Positions 39,633 through 52,800 of a stretch of DNA of 64,000 bases are shown here, one piece after another (position 1 is the stretch's first letter; each line of letters begins with the position of its first letter). Source of the DNA: Owenia fusiformis (Eukaryota); the NCBI GenBank assembly GCA_903813345.2, contig CAIIXF020000001.1, forward strand, positions 11,718,001-11,782,000. The letters are read 5' to 3'. The notes under the pieces are model-generated. The model made no database searches. It saw only the letters and a program-made list of their open reading frames with translations, and was not told where the DNA came from. The position numbers were made by a program, and so were the translations under genes.

Positions 39633-40376
39633 TGCACATGTTAAAGCTAAACCAAATAAACTTATTATTGAATATATATTTTATTCTCTTGTCTATATTT
39701 GAAAAGTAAAAGTACACTTGGTCTTTGATAACAATACCCCTCCAATCCTAGAAGTTCAATATTAAGGGTGCATTATGCCATAGGTTTCTCCCCCAGACAA
39801 TCAATGATGTCCTATTGTTATTGCTCATATAATATCTCACATACCATGGATATATCTTGAGAATAACTTTTGGTATATTGTTGCCGAAAAATCGGAAATA
39901 ATCAACAGAACAACCAAACTCCAGAATTAAACAATCGATTCCTCGGCTAGCGAGGGGAATCCTCATTGAGTCACACAAGCGCCTCGAACCAGGCACCCAA
40001 TCAGGTTTATGATAAACAAATTCAACGACCAATCAGATAACAGGAGAACTTTCCCGGTATATTCAAACTTCAGACAGAATTAATTTCTTCGAAAATAATT
40101 AGATCGGTCAGCACAATCGCAAAATTAACATTGAAACAAGGGGATTTGGGACTTTGATAATTAGATGGGTATATATGTGGTGAAACTCAATATCCAAAAA
40201 AATCCAGAGGGGTCTTGATTATGCTATCCTATGGCATAGAAGCTCTTTAACTTTTTAATGGAAACTGGTGAAGTACCCTGGCAATATCCATGGTAATTAT
40301 GTCACTTCAAGAAGTGGTGACATATTGTTATAGGTTGTGACCTTTTGCATGTTGATGCCTTGCGTCCTTGTATATG

Positions 40377-40817
40377 CAGGGTGTTTCATATGTATGTATG
40401 TAGTATTACCACCCTATTATGTTATATATCATTTTGTTCCTAATGGAAAGTTACATAAGATTCTAAAGTTTTGGAATCCAGTGGTATTCCTAACAAAAGA
40501 TACAACGTATCAAAGTATGTGGGCACAGGTCATTTCAAGGGGAATTTTGAGGGCAATTTAAAGGAAAAATTCACATGTGTGTGACAGTTATGCACAAAGA
40601 TATATTGATAGGACGTAGTCCAAAAATGACCAGAAGTTGCCCTCTAAATGACCCCTTACCCACAACCTTTGATACATCGTATCTTTTTTCAGGGACACGC
40701 CTGAAACTTTGCAATCTTATGTAACTTTCGATAAAGTTCAAAATGATATATAACATGATAGGGTAGCAATGCTCCATGTATGAGTTTATGGGGGGTGCAT
40801 ACATATGAAACACCCTA
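40377..40817. mobile_element. Tc1/mariner-type MITE
   Basis: CAGGGTGTTTCATATGTATG / CATACATATGAAACACCCTA termini with longer inner inverted arms. Similar short CAGGGT elements occur at 33006-33078 and ~38200-38277. Confidence 0.65.
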
Positions 40818-43259
40818 TATATATCTAAAAGACGAACATGTCATGGTGTTTAATAGAATTTATTTATAACTTTAATATTTTCAGAAATAAAGGTTTCTAG
40901 CAGAATTGCAAGTTAAAGGTCATTTTGAATTAAAATCAAATGCAATCTGTACATCTAAGGCCCATTCCTTGAACCCTCATTTTTAGAACTCAAAATTCAA
41001 ACTTGGGGCAAGATTTCTAGTCCCTGAAATTGAGGACTTACATTGTTAGAATGCTCTTAACCAGTAGGCTAGTTTTGTGTTAGTTTACGTCCACTGTGCA
41101 TTGCCGCAAGTGAATTTGATCGTAACAAACTGCTCAAAATATTGAATGTTCCATCGATCTTGATTCATATCCTAAATTAGCGAAACCTAGCTGGAAGACG
41201 GAGAAAAAGTGCAGTACAGTGCAGTATATAAATAATATTGTTTTGTCCGGATTCATTGCATTCACATATTCTGGCTCAACCTGATTACTCTTACAATATG
41301 GGAACATAATAAACATTGTTTCAGAAAATCAAAGATTTATTTTCATTGTTGAACCTCACTGTATGTACATATACAGTAGGTATATCTATAAATACAATAT
41401 TTCATTTTGTATTTATGTATTATGGTTAACAATTGCGTCATCGCACTTCATTCATACATCTGATAAATTTGATTGATAAACAAACAATCAAATATGTACA
41501 TTAACATCATTAAAATTAGCTGCCTACGATTGGCTTGAGTATTATCCACGATAAGATTATATAATAATATCCTTCATCACCATATCAAAATCATATCCAA
41601 TAATATATACAATATATGCAATTTTTAATCAATGTAAAATTGCTTGTACTTTGAAAAAAGAAAAGCCATTTATAAAGAAAATATCAATTAAAAGAAATAC
41701 ATTTTGCCAATTTCAGACGTTTTTAAGATGTTTGTATCTTACTTTTATCCCTACAACAGCTCTACAAAAGCAATATTGATATTCCATTTAACATGATAGT
41801 TTTTAGAATTTTACATCTTTGGCAAAACTGTATATATGTACATAAATTAACACAAATTGGCACTGATCATCATGCACTAATACAGCATGTAATATAATAA
41901 TATAAACTAACAACATTTTTAACCTCATTCAATGCTGATTGTCAAACCATTTGAAATATGGCCTGGAGAGGTACTGAATGCTATAAGAAGCCTGCTAATA
42001 ATAAGTATTATTAATTACTTAACAACTTCATTGTCATATGATATATATAATATACAGTACTATAATATAATTAATATAATATATTATCCTACACTTAGTG
42101 TACTAAATGTATAACATTAAAAAATAAATTTGATGTTAATTGGCAAAATGAATATCCGGAGGATATCGTAACGATATACTCCGGGCGGAGGATATCGTGA
42201 CGATATACTCCGGAAAACCCAATATGCGGAGGATATTGTGACGATATACTCCGTTTGTTGATTTCCCGCCAAATTGACTCTGGTTGGCATGAAATTCATT
42301 TTGCAATGATATTATACATTATTAGTACACTCCTTGTAAGTGTAGGATAATAAGAACATCCTATGATTTTTTTCAGAATATCATTTTAATCTACTCGGTG
42401 ATATTGATATATGCACTCGTTCGCTTTGCTCTCTCGTGCAGATATCAAGATCACCTCGTAGATAAAAATGATATTCCTCAAAATCATAGGATATCCTATA
42501 AATATTCCCCTTGTACATATTATACGGTACCATTATATGGTACAAATCCTGAATACATGTACATGTATATGGTAAAATGGGAAGTGTAACAAATTTGTAA
42601 ACAATACCTCGTATGGATTGAGCAATCTATTATAGTATTACAACATATAGTCATCATTGCATACTCCATCTAACATCACAGTCAGGTTATATGAGTAGAC
42701 TAAACCCTCCACCGTGATCACATTGTGCTTACAAATTAACTGTGTGATTGGTGATAGTATAAATGCATTAAACTTCATTGATTGTAGTAATGTCAATCCC
42801 ACTATTATATTCAAAAGTTCACTGAACAAAAATTCTGCCAGGTATTCTAGTTGTAGATGGGTTACCTTTATCTGTTTTGGTATTTGATATTATATTGGTT
42901 AATATAGGAACGCATTGTGATGCAATAAAACCTGAGTAGTAAGTGAAACACCGTTGGTACTCAAAAGAAGTGTTTTTCTATTTGAAATGTTTGAGAGGTG
43001 TTCAATTTACTGAGGTTCATTTAACATTAAATCAATTGGTAAAGAGACTCTAAAAAGTGTTCCATTAACGGAGGTGTTCTACTTATAAAGGTACATTTAA
43101 CATTAAATCTGTTGGTCTTGGGACTCTGAAAAGTGTTCCACTAGTGGAAGTGTTTTACTAAGAGTAGTGTTCCACTTAACAGGTTTTACCTTATCATATT
43201 CTGTGAACCCTGAGCAAAGATACATGTACTCCAATGTCTTTAGAAAAAGGTTCACATTC

Positions 43260-43858
43260 ACATTTTACATTCTGTGGTAGAATTAGTGTGGGAAGCAATT
43301 ACGCTTTCACCTAATAGCTGCACAACATTAACATATTAAACTCCTTCTGTGGTAGAATTTATATGGACAGCAATTAGGCTTAGTCACCTAATAGCTGCAC
43401 AACATTAACATATTAAACTCCTTCTGTGGTAGAATTTATATGGACAGCAATTAGGCTTACACCTAATAGCTGCACAACATTAACATATTAAACTCCTTCT
43501 GTGGTAGAATTTATATGGACAGCAATTAGGCTTACACCTAATAGCTGCACAACATTAACATATTAAACTCCTTCTGTGGTAGTATTTATATAGACAGCAA
43601 TTAGGCTTACACCTAATAGCTGCACAACATTTACATTTTACACGCCTTCTGTGGTAGAATTAGTGTGGGCAGCAATTAGGCTTTCACCTAATAGCTGCAC
43701 AACATTAACATATTAAACTCCTTCTGTGGTAGAATTTATATGGACAGCAATTAGGCTTAGTCACCTAATAGCTGCACAACATTTAAATGTTACACGCCTT
43801 CTGTGGTAGAATTTACATGGGCAGCAACTAGGCTGTCGCCAAGTAGCTGCACAAATCT
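43260..43858 (-). repeat. Tandem array of 8 x ~75-77 bp spanning the KYNU stop codon and 3' UTR
   Basis: TTCTGTGGTAG recurs at ~43271, 43346, 43423, 43498, 43573, 43648, 43723 and 43800. The rightmost copy encodes [20 protein letters not shown]. Confidence 0.9.
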
Positions 43859-46800
43859 GTGTACATCTTTGAATGAGTTGTACAGTGGGGCTGGGGCTAT
43901 ACGTATCACATATGGCTTACGAACATCACACTGAAAATAAACAGCAAATGTGTCTTCCGAAGAAAATGTTTACCTATTTTAGATCAACACTTGACAATGT
44001 TAAACCAAAAAATTTAAATGGAACAGCTCAAATATCTTAAACATTTATAATCTAACAGTGTTCATTCATTACTGTTCATTTCAAAAGAAACCTTTGGAAG
44101 CACAATAATAATTGATCATTTTATCAATTTTTTACAGTCAAGTTTCATCATTATGTAACTTAATCTCTCCGGACAAGATATAATTAACTTCAATATTCAA
44201 TCAAGTTTCATATTACTGTATTATCTTATAATGCAGCATCAATCAACTGTCCGGTACATTCAATCAAGTCTCCACAACATGAAATCAACTTACCACAACG
44301 CCTCTTTTCTCCAATTCGGTGTAGACATTCTTTAAAGACACAGAGAACATGATAGAAAGCTGACAACCTCTCTGGTCAGGATCCCTGGGGCTGATGACCT
44401 CCGCATAGGGGCGGGAGTGAGGGTTAGCAGGAGTTGGACGGGGGTAGTGCTCATCCAATAGCATCTCAAGGTATGCTGTGAGTAGCTTAGACTTCTCACG
44501 TAGAGCGCTCATACTAGTTTCATTGAACACCTAAAGTACAAGAGTCACTTCATTTTATAGTGTGTTTTTCATTTTTTTATTCATTCCCCATAAATAATTG
44601 ATATTATGTTGCACGCAAAATAATAAGAGAACCTTAAATACAATATAATACATTATGTACTTGTTAGCTAGGGAATCAAGCAAATTGTCTCGTAAATGAT
44701 AAATGAAATACTTCACATGAATGTACACCTCTGGTCTAGACTGGTTTTATTTGTTTAACTTGTTTGTGTTCAATGTTAAGAATATCTTATGCAACAAAAC
44801 ACTTCATCATAACAGTGCTTTATTTAATCTAAAAATTGTGCAAAATTGACACTCAAGTGGCCGCAATATTGACATTTGAAAATCAGCTGTTGAGCTGAAC
44901 TTCAATCCCCATAGCACAAGTGTATATGCTATACAACATGATCGGGTCATCAGTGAGGCTACTTTTAGAAGCCCTGATTTCATTTGATGAGATAATAAGG
45001 CAGCCAAAGCATTCTCTTCTCAAGGAACCACTTGATAAAAGAGTTAATTGAAAATGAGATTGAACTAACCGACCAATCAGAATGTCACTAATCTAGAGTA
45101 AAATTAACGAAGTAAAATAAATTGATGGCCATACCTTCAGACTAGCCTCTAGTGTAGCACAGAGAAGGGGTGGTGGGTTACTAACACGGTATCCATGTGC
45201 ACCATTTGCTAAATCCATTTCTGAAATAAGGCATTTCATTTGTGCTATATCTATAAGTCACTTTCTAGGCTTTCATTGTGACAAAAAACCAAGCATAACT
45301 TTCACTGTCTGAACCAGAGCTCCCTATTAAGGCACAGTAACAAACAACAAAGTAACAAAATAGAGGAGCAGATATTGTCTTTACAATCTGTACCTAGATA
45401 AATGGAATCCAAAAGCATTTGCATCATGACTACTGGCAACCTTTTTGAAAAGGGTTATTTTATTCATTAAACAAAGTAAAGGCTTAAAAAAATATTGATG
45501 GTGCTCTAAAGCCTCAGTCACATTTGCTCTACGATGGGCATATAGTGGCCGTAGCTTCACAAAATCGATATAAAAATTCTATATCACACTGCTTGTCTCT
45601 ATATTTTATGCTGCATATTTCTCTTGATTTAGGGAAGCTACGGCTGCTGTACAATCAAATATGACTGAGGCATTAGAAGTTTTAAAGATTATGCGACAAT
45701 ACTTACTGTTGTCCATGTTGAATCGTGTGTCCATTTTGTGACCCCACCAGCCTGACAGCTTTGGGAAGTCATTCTTGGCATGTTTCTTGTGAATAAATGC
45801 CCCTGCTATACCACCTGCCCCTGTGTTCAGGTACTGCAATAAAACAAGTAGATGGGAATTACATTTAAGGTACTGCAATAGAAAAATGGCTGGGAATTAC
45901 ATTTAAGGTACTGCAATAGAAAAAATGACACGGAATAACATTTAAGGTACTGCAATAGTAAAATGGCAGGGAATAACATTTAAGGTACTTCAATAGAAAA
46001 AATGGCAGGGAATAACATTTAAGGTACTGCAATAGTAAAATGGCTGGGAATTACATTTAAGGTACTGCAATAGAAAAAATGGCTGGGAATTACATTTAAG
46101 GTACAGCAATAGAAAAATGGCTGGGAATTACATTTAAGGTACTGCAACAGAAAAAAATTGCTGGGAATTACATTTAGGTACTGCAATAGAAAAATAGCTG
46201 GGAATTACATTTAAGGTACTGCAATAGAAAAAAATGGCTGGGAATAACATTTAAGGTACTGCAATAGTAAAATTGCTGGGAATTACATTTAAGGTACTGC
46301 AATAGAAAAAAATGGCTGGGAATAACATTTAAGGTACTGCAATAGTAAAATGGCAGGGAATTACATTTAAGGTACTGCAATAGAAAAAACGGCCGGGAAT
46401 TACATTTAAGGTACTGCAATAGAAAAATGGCTGGGAATTACATTTAAGGTACTGCAATAGTAAAATGGCTGGGAATTACATTTAAGGTACTGCAATAGAA
46501 AAAAAATGGCTGGGAATAACATTTAAGGTACTGCAATAGTAAAATGGCTGGGAATTACATTTAAGGTACTGCAATAGTAAAATGGCTGGGAATTACATTT
46601 AAGGTACTGCAATAGAAAAAAAATGGCTGGGAATAACATTTAAGGTACTGCAATAGTAAAATGGCTGGGAATTACATTTAAGGTACTGCAATAGAAAAAA
46701 TGGCCGGGAATTACATTTAAGGTACTGCAATAGAAAAATGGCTGGGAATTACATTTAAGGTACTGCAATAGAAAAAAATGGCTAGGAATTACTTTTAAGG

Positions 46801-49800
46801 TACTGCAATAGAAAAATGGCTGGGAATTACATTTAAGGTACTGCAACAGAAAAAATGGCTGGGAATTACATTTAGGTACTGCAATAGAAAAATGGCTTGG
46901 AATTACTGTTAAGGTACTGCAAGAGAAAAAATGGCTGGTAATTACATTTAAGGTACTGCAATAGAAAAAATGGCCTAAAATTAGTAATTACAATAAAATG
47001 TATGCATTTTTATATTAAAATGGCTATGGCACAATTATACTTCATAATCAGACAAAAAAATAGGTGTCACCAACTTTTTAGGATTTAAGCTCTCTGGATT
47101 CTGGAATGACCATTCCTTGAAGGTGTTACTTTCCAAAATTTGCACGAGATGCGGAGAATCGAGTCTTAATTTTATGAAACAACACCTGAAAGGAATGGTA
47201 CACAATGCTTTGAATCTTGGACTTAAATTACATTTTCTATAAAATCATTTAAAAGATACAAAATCTCTAAAAGAACATATTTTAAATGAAACTTTTTCCA
47301 AGCGTCAAACTGGCAAAGTATTAATTTCAGTCTGGGTCCAGTCATCATCAAGATGACCATTTAACTAGTGACCTTCGTTATTGGTTATATAACAGAATGC
47401 AGTTACGTAAAATAGCGTGTTCTGATTGGCAAGAATTGAACACATCTTGTCTATGTGTGCACTTTTACTTAAAGCTAGAAAACATTTTGATTTTTGAATT
47501 TTTGCCTACTGGAAATCTTTTAAATAATCAAAATTCGATTTTAAGAAAATAAAAATTCTAGGTATAATCTCCAAAAAATACAATTTTTCTACTTTTTGTA
47601 TGTTTTTGTCTGATATGTTGCTAGTTATATACCATAGTGCAACAAAAGATACATTGAAATGCCATTACTGGTTATAATGCATTAAATCAATCAAAATTAT
47701 GTTTCAATATAAAGTAAATAACAAAAACTATTTTATTTGTCACAAAGCTGACAACTCGTCAAATCATTGCTCCTATGCTAATGCATGGGGCCAATTATGC
47801 CCAGTAAACAGCTACTCTACAGTACAAGTGGCTGTTAATACACCCAGAAGCTTAAAAATTACTTAACGATCAATAAAGAGTATATATTATAGCTTAATTT
47901 ATCTACATGTATCAAGCAAAAAAATAGTGTCACCAACTAACTTCATTTTTTACTGAAGTACGGTAAAATTTTAAATGTTTGGAACTACATGTACTTTGAA
48001 TTTAAAAAATAAGCAATCAAAGGACCATATTGAAACAGTATATGTAAAAAATAGAAACATTATACATGTCCTAGCTTTTGTATATTTTAGTTTGTTTTGT
48101 AGTTTAGCTATCATATCTGTGGCCTCTTATAGGCTAGGCAAATGGAAGTTTAACATCCCCAAAATTGCAACAGTTTTTAAATTAGGCTTATATTGTATAT
48201 TGATACCAGTTGAAAAACATATCAAAAATGTAGAAAAATATATGCAGTGGACAAATATGAAATGTCACATTCTAGGTACCCCCCTCCAAATTTGAGTATG
48301 GGATTGTAAATATTTTTTTATTTCAAAATGGGATGCTCTTCTCAACTAAACGAGTAATATTATGATAGTTTACTGACATAAGAGCAACTAAAAATTGTTA
48401 ACCAACTATTTGAGTGCAATAATTGGCATTTCTAGCCCCAAATATCTGAAATTAGGCCATCAAATAGCCCGAATTTAATATAACAATGTATTTATTTCTG
48501 TATTTATTCATCAGAATTGCATGAAAAAAATCAAGGAGGTTATTATACACCTGACCATTGTATTTGATAAGTATCAGGGTCATTAAGTGGATATTGAGGG
48601 TGAAAAAAATATTTGAAATTTCGATATTTTACCACACACACTTTTGGGGTGACCTTACTTTTGTTTAATTACTTCCAAGATATGTCATATTTGAACTCAG
48701 TAGCACAACTAAATTATTTGTAAAGGCTTATTTTGTCCTGAAAACAGTTTTTTGATGTTTTCAGGAAAGGATTATGTAAAAAAAAGTAGAAAAACAGCAA
48801 ATGCCAGGTGAAATATAGGGGAAGTCCTACTTTTAGTTGATAACTGCTAAATTATCAAATGTTTTTTCCTTTTAAATTCAATTTGATATATAATATACCT
48901 TTTCTGGTAAAAGAGAGAACGATTTGTTAGAAATTAAGTACAATTGGTGGTCTAAAAATATCCTTGAAAAGGCAACAAAATGTTAAATATCCCTGTCCCT
49001 GACATCAGTTTATTTATATGAGCCAAAAAAAGGTAACCCAACCAAATGTTTGTTAATAACCCAGTCATTCAGCATGGGTGTGACATCATATTTGGCACAA
49101 TTACCTTGTTCAATGTGCTTTCATTCTACTAAGTGTCATTGATGTATCCTTAATAGTCATGATTTTATGGCCATTTACAAAATGTGCTCAAAATATCGAA
49201 ATGTGCCTAACTGACTGGACATCAATACCACCATTTTTTATTATCTGTGGACCTTTTTTCTATACCAACAACACTTGAAACATTAAAACAAGAGATAAGA
49301 ATGAAGATGAGAGCCATGACACAAGATTTTTATGCTCCTGATTTGAACAACAACATACGATACGTTCAAGTTGGCCTCCAGGCATGACACTCATATTTCA
49401 TGGAATGGTATAAAATGGCCATAAAAATCGTGACCACTAGAGATAGACCACTGAGACTTGATAATACATTGACCAAGGCTCAATTCTGCCAAATATGACA
49501 CTAAATCCATGCAGGGTGACTGGACTGGGTTATTAAGATTTGTTTGGGTTACGTTTTTGGCTCGCCCTGTATTAAGGAAAAAGTGTTACTTTTGACTAAG
49601 GTGTTCTTAACCACACAGTGATATTGAGAAATGAAATGAATAAGTTCAACTGAAGAATGTTGGATTTCAAGATGAAATTTAATAAAAAATGAGGAAAAGG
49701 TTTCTACGTTAATAAATACTACTGAGTTAACTAGTGTAAATCCCTGGTCTTTATACAGGGCATGGCTCGATAATGTTATGTTCATTATCAAAAATGCTGC

Positions 49801-52800
49801 CTTAATTTTGTAATCTTAACCTTCATATATGTGTCTTACTTATAGAGAGCAAAAAATAATGCTGATTACTTAAGCTAATATTATGTTGTAACAACAATCA
49901 GTTACAACCTTGTCTATCACCTGTCTTCATTAGGGGTTGACCTGGGAACCAACAAGGGGGGGGGGCAAATTTCAGGTCTGAGAAAAAGATTTCTGCGGTT
50001 GCGCGAAAAAAATTTTGGGCCCCTAAACCCCTTAAGTGGGCCCAAATTTTGAAATAATGGGGCCCATTTTCTTCAAAATTTGGCCTGAAATTAAAAAATA
50101 AGGATTTAAAAGGCCCTCTTATGACCAGAAAGGCCCACTTTTTAGGGCCTTAAGGCTTTTTTTGGTCCCAATTTTTATTCTAGGGCCACCCAAGGAGGCC
50201 CGGGTCCCCAGCCCCCCACCCAGATCCGCCAGTGTTCATCATTATTTTCATGATCAGTTATGGAGGTATTTGGCCCGTTATGCCTTTGCATACCTACTTC
50301 ATAGATGTACAATATGCCTTACACACACAATGGATGATCTCTGAGAGAGGGGAGCTGCATTTAGGCAATGGGAACAAACGTTTCGTTGCTTATTTCCCTC
50401 CCACTCCTGGATCTGATGGTACACTCTATAATTGTTGTTTTCCGCAGCATCAGAAGTTGGAGGAAGAACACGGGGCTGCAATAATTTAGATCTTGCTGCT
50501 CTCTTTTAATAGAATTTTTGAAGCCTAAGTTCATTTAGGGTTTCACCATTTTTCCACCATAAATTGACAAAAGAGCATGTTCCTCTGCAATGACAGAGTT
50601 ACTTGCATTTCACTGGTTTTCCACTTGATTACGTTGTAACAAAATGTCGGAACATCGAAGATAAGATTTTTCTTTTTTCCTTATTTCACACGTTGTAGGC
50701 AGAATTATCACAAACATGTATCGGTATCATACATGTACGTTTAAAAAATGTACATATTTGCGAACAAATAGTTCAGAAGACAACAAAATCGTCGATTTAC
50801 TTCCTCACTTAAGTTACATAAATGGTATTTTGATAAACAGTTAAGATCTGCACTTTGAACTTAAGTAAGGAATTAAATCAACAATTCTGTTGTCTTCTGA
50901 GCTATTTTTGCACAAACATGTACATTTTCTAAAACATATGATACTGATACACGATTGTGAGAAAAAAAACATCGTGGGGATTCTGGCTACAACGCGTGAA
51001 AAAAAGGAAAAAAGAAATATCGTGCCTTCGACGTTTAGACATTTGTTACCGAAACGACCCGTTTCGGTAACAAAATGTAACAAGAACTCACTCTTTTCTA
51101 TCTGCCTCAATGATAGCTTCTTGTCTATGCCATATATAACCTGAATGCGTTGTCACACCCCAGAAAAGATAAACAAAATATTGTCACAGACCACTTTTCC
51201 CGAAGACAATCTTATTTCATTTATGTTCCAACATTTTGATTCTTGGGTTGCTGCTTTTGGTTCAGGTTTGAAGAAAATGTTGAAGTTTGTGTTTTGTGCA
51301 TGATAAATGAGAAGCACAAGGGGGTCAGTATGAGTACTGTATTTGAGGTTTGGACACTTTGCATTGCAGTTTTCACAATCACAATATCTGCATCCGATTC
51401 TGAATGCAGCACATGTACACTCAATGTTTTCCAACCTGACAGACAGATTTACCATCATTCCTACGCACTGAAATTATATTAATGAAAGACTCCCCGGATA
51501 TCTGAGATTTAAATGTGCTCTATCAGTTTAAATTCCGTTTACACTGGCGGATTAGGGGGGGGGGGCTGGGGCCCCTTAGGTTGGCCCATTTTTTGGGCCA
51601 AACAAGGCCTTCAGGCCCCAAAAAGTGGACCCACTTTTGGATTTTAGTTGCCCAAAACTTTTTTCTCCGACCTGAAAATTGGGCCCCCCTCTTGTTGGTT
51701 CCTAGATTCGCCCCTGGTTTAATAACCATAAATTCGTTTCTACAGCATTATACATCCAATTGATAGTTCCAAAGTAACGTACTCTTATGTAATGATTTAT
51801 TTATCTGATGAATTTAAATTTTGTAATTGCGGATTGTAGATAATAATTTAAACAATATTAAATTCCACAGAAACTACAACTTACATTATTTAGATAAGCC
51901 TAGTATAGAGCAGTTATCAAATACCCTAATATCAGAGTGGTGATATGTAATTATTCATCAAATACAAGTGAGGTCACCTTAACATTTCACCTGGTGCAAC
52001 TAATAATTCCTAGTTTTCATACTAATAAGGTATAAACCGTCACAAAACTTGTATTTTAGATGATGACAATCCTATATAAATGATTTAGATGTCAACTCTA
52101 ATACAAATGTGATGCATTGTGGGAGTTAGTCATCAAAACTATAGTCTCCCCTTATAGTAGGCGGGGCAAAACTATGAAAATGAAATAATTTTTTTCTTCC
52201 TAAGTATACACGTTAGAATTCTGACACTCACCAAATATGAAGTTCATATAAATATGTAACACCATGATTTTTTTCATGCTTTTCTGACAAACTGATCCTA
52301 AAATATCTAAATAGATATGTGATAACATGCCTGTTTTGTGGCCTATTTTGTTATACTTTGGGGTCAAATGACCAACTACTGGTCTCAAAAATGATTAAAA
52401 TAATATTTTAATTATTTGTGAATATGTGATCTATCATAATAAAGCTAGAATACTTGACTAAAGTATTCCATTTGGGAAGGAAAAATTGTTTCCTACCAAT
52501 ACTCAATTTTGGGGTAGGGTTGTAGGGGGTACCTAGGAAGTGAAATTTCATATTTGTCCACTGCATACATTTTTCTACATTTTTGATATGTTTTTCAACT
52601 GATATCAATACATAATATAAGACTAATTTAAAAACTGTTGCAATTTTGGGGATGTTTGGGCCTTTTATGAGCCCATTTGCTTGGCCTATTATATTTTGAT
52701 GCCTCTCTGCCATGTTATTTTCGGAAAAATTAACATGGCTGAAACTCCCTAAATTACAAAAGGCCACAGCTTTACTGCACATTATACATAACTATCTGAA

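Larger units (their letters stand above)
48130..52688 (-). mobile_element. Degenerate Academ DNA transposon, copy 2 (inside the KYNU intron)
   Basis: Colinear with 1781-6390; TAGGC...GCCTA termini; 3-bp TSD TTA; the same XPG-like remnants (ORFs 51153-51458, 50299-50481). Confidence 0.8.

Noticed and set aside
45830-46975. CRISPR-like appearance of ~39-bp repeats
   Set aside because: The units are contiguous with no unique spacers, there are no cas genes, and the context is a eukaryotic intron.
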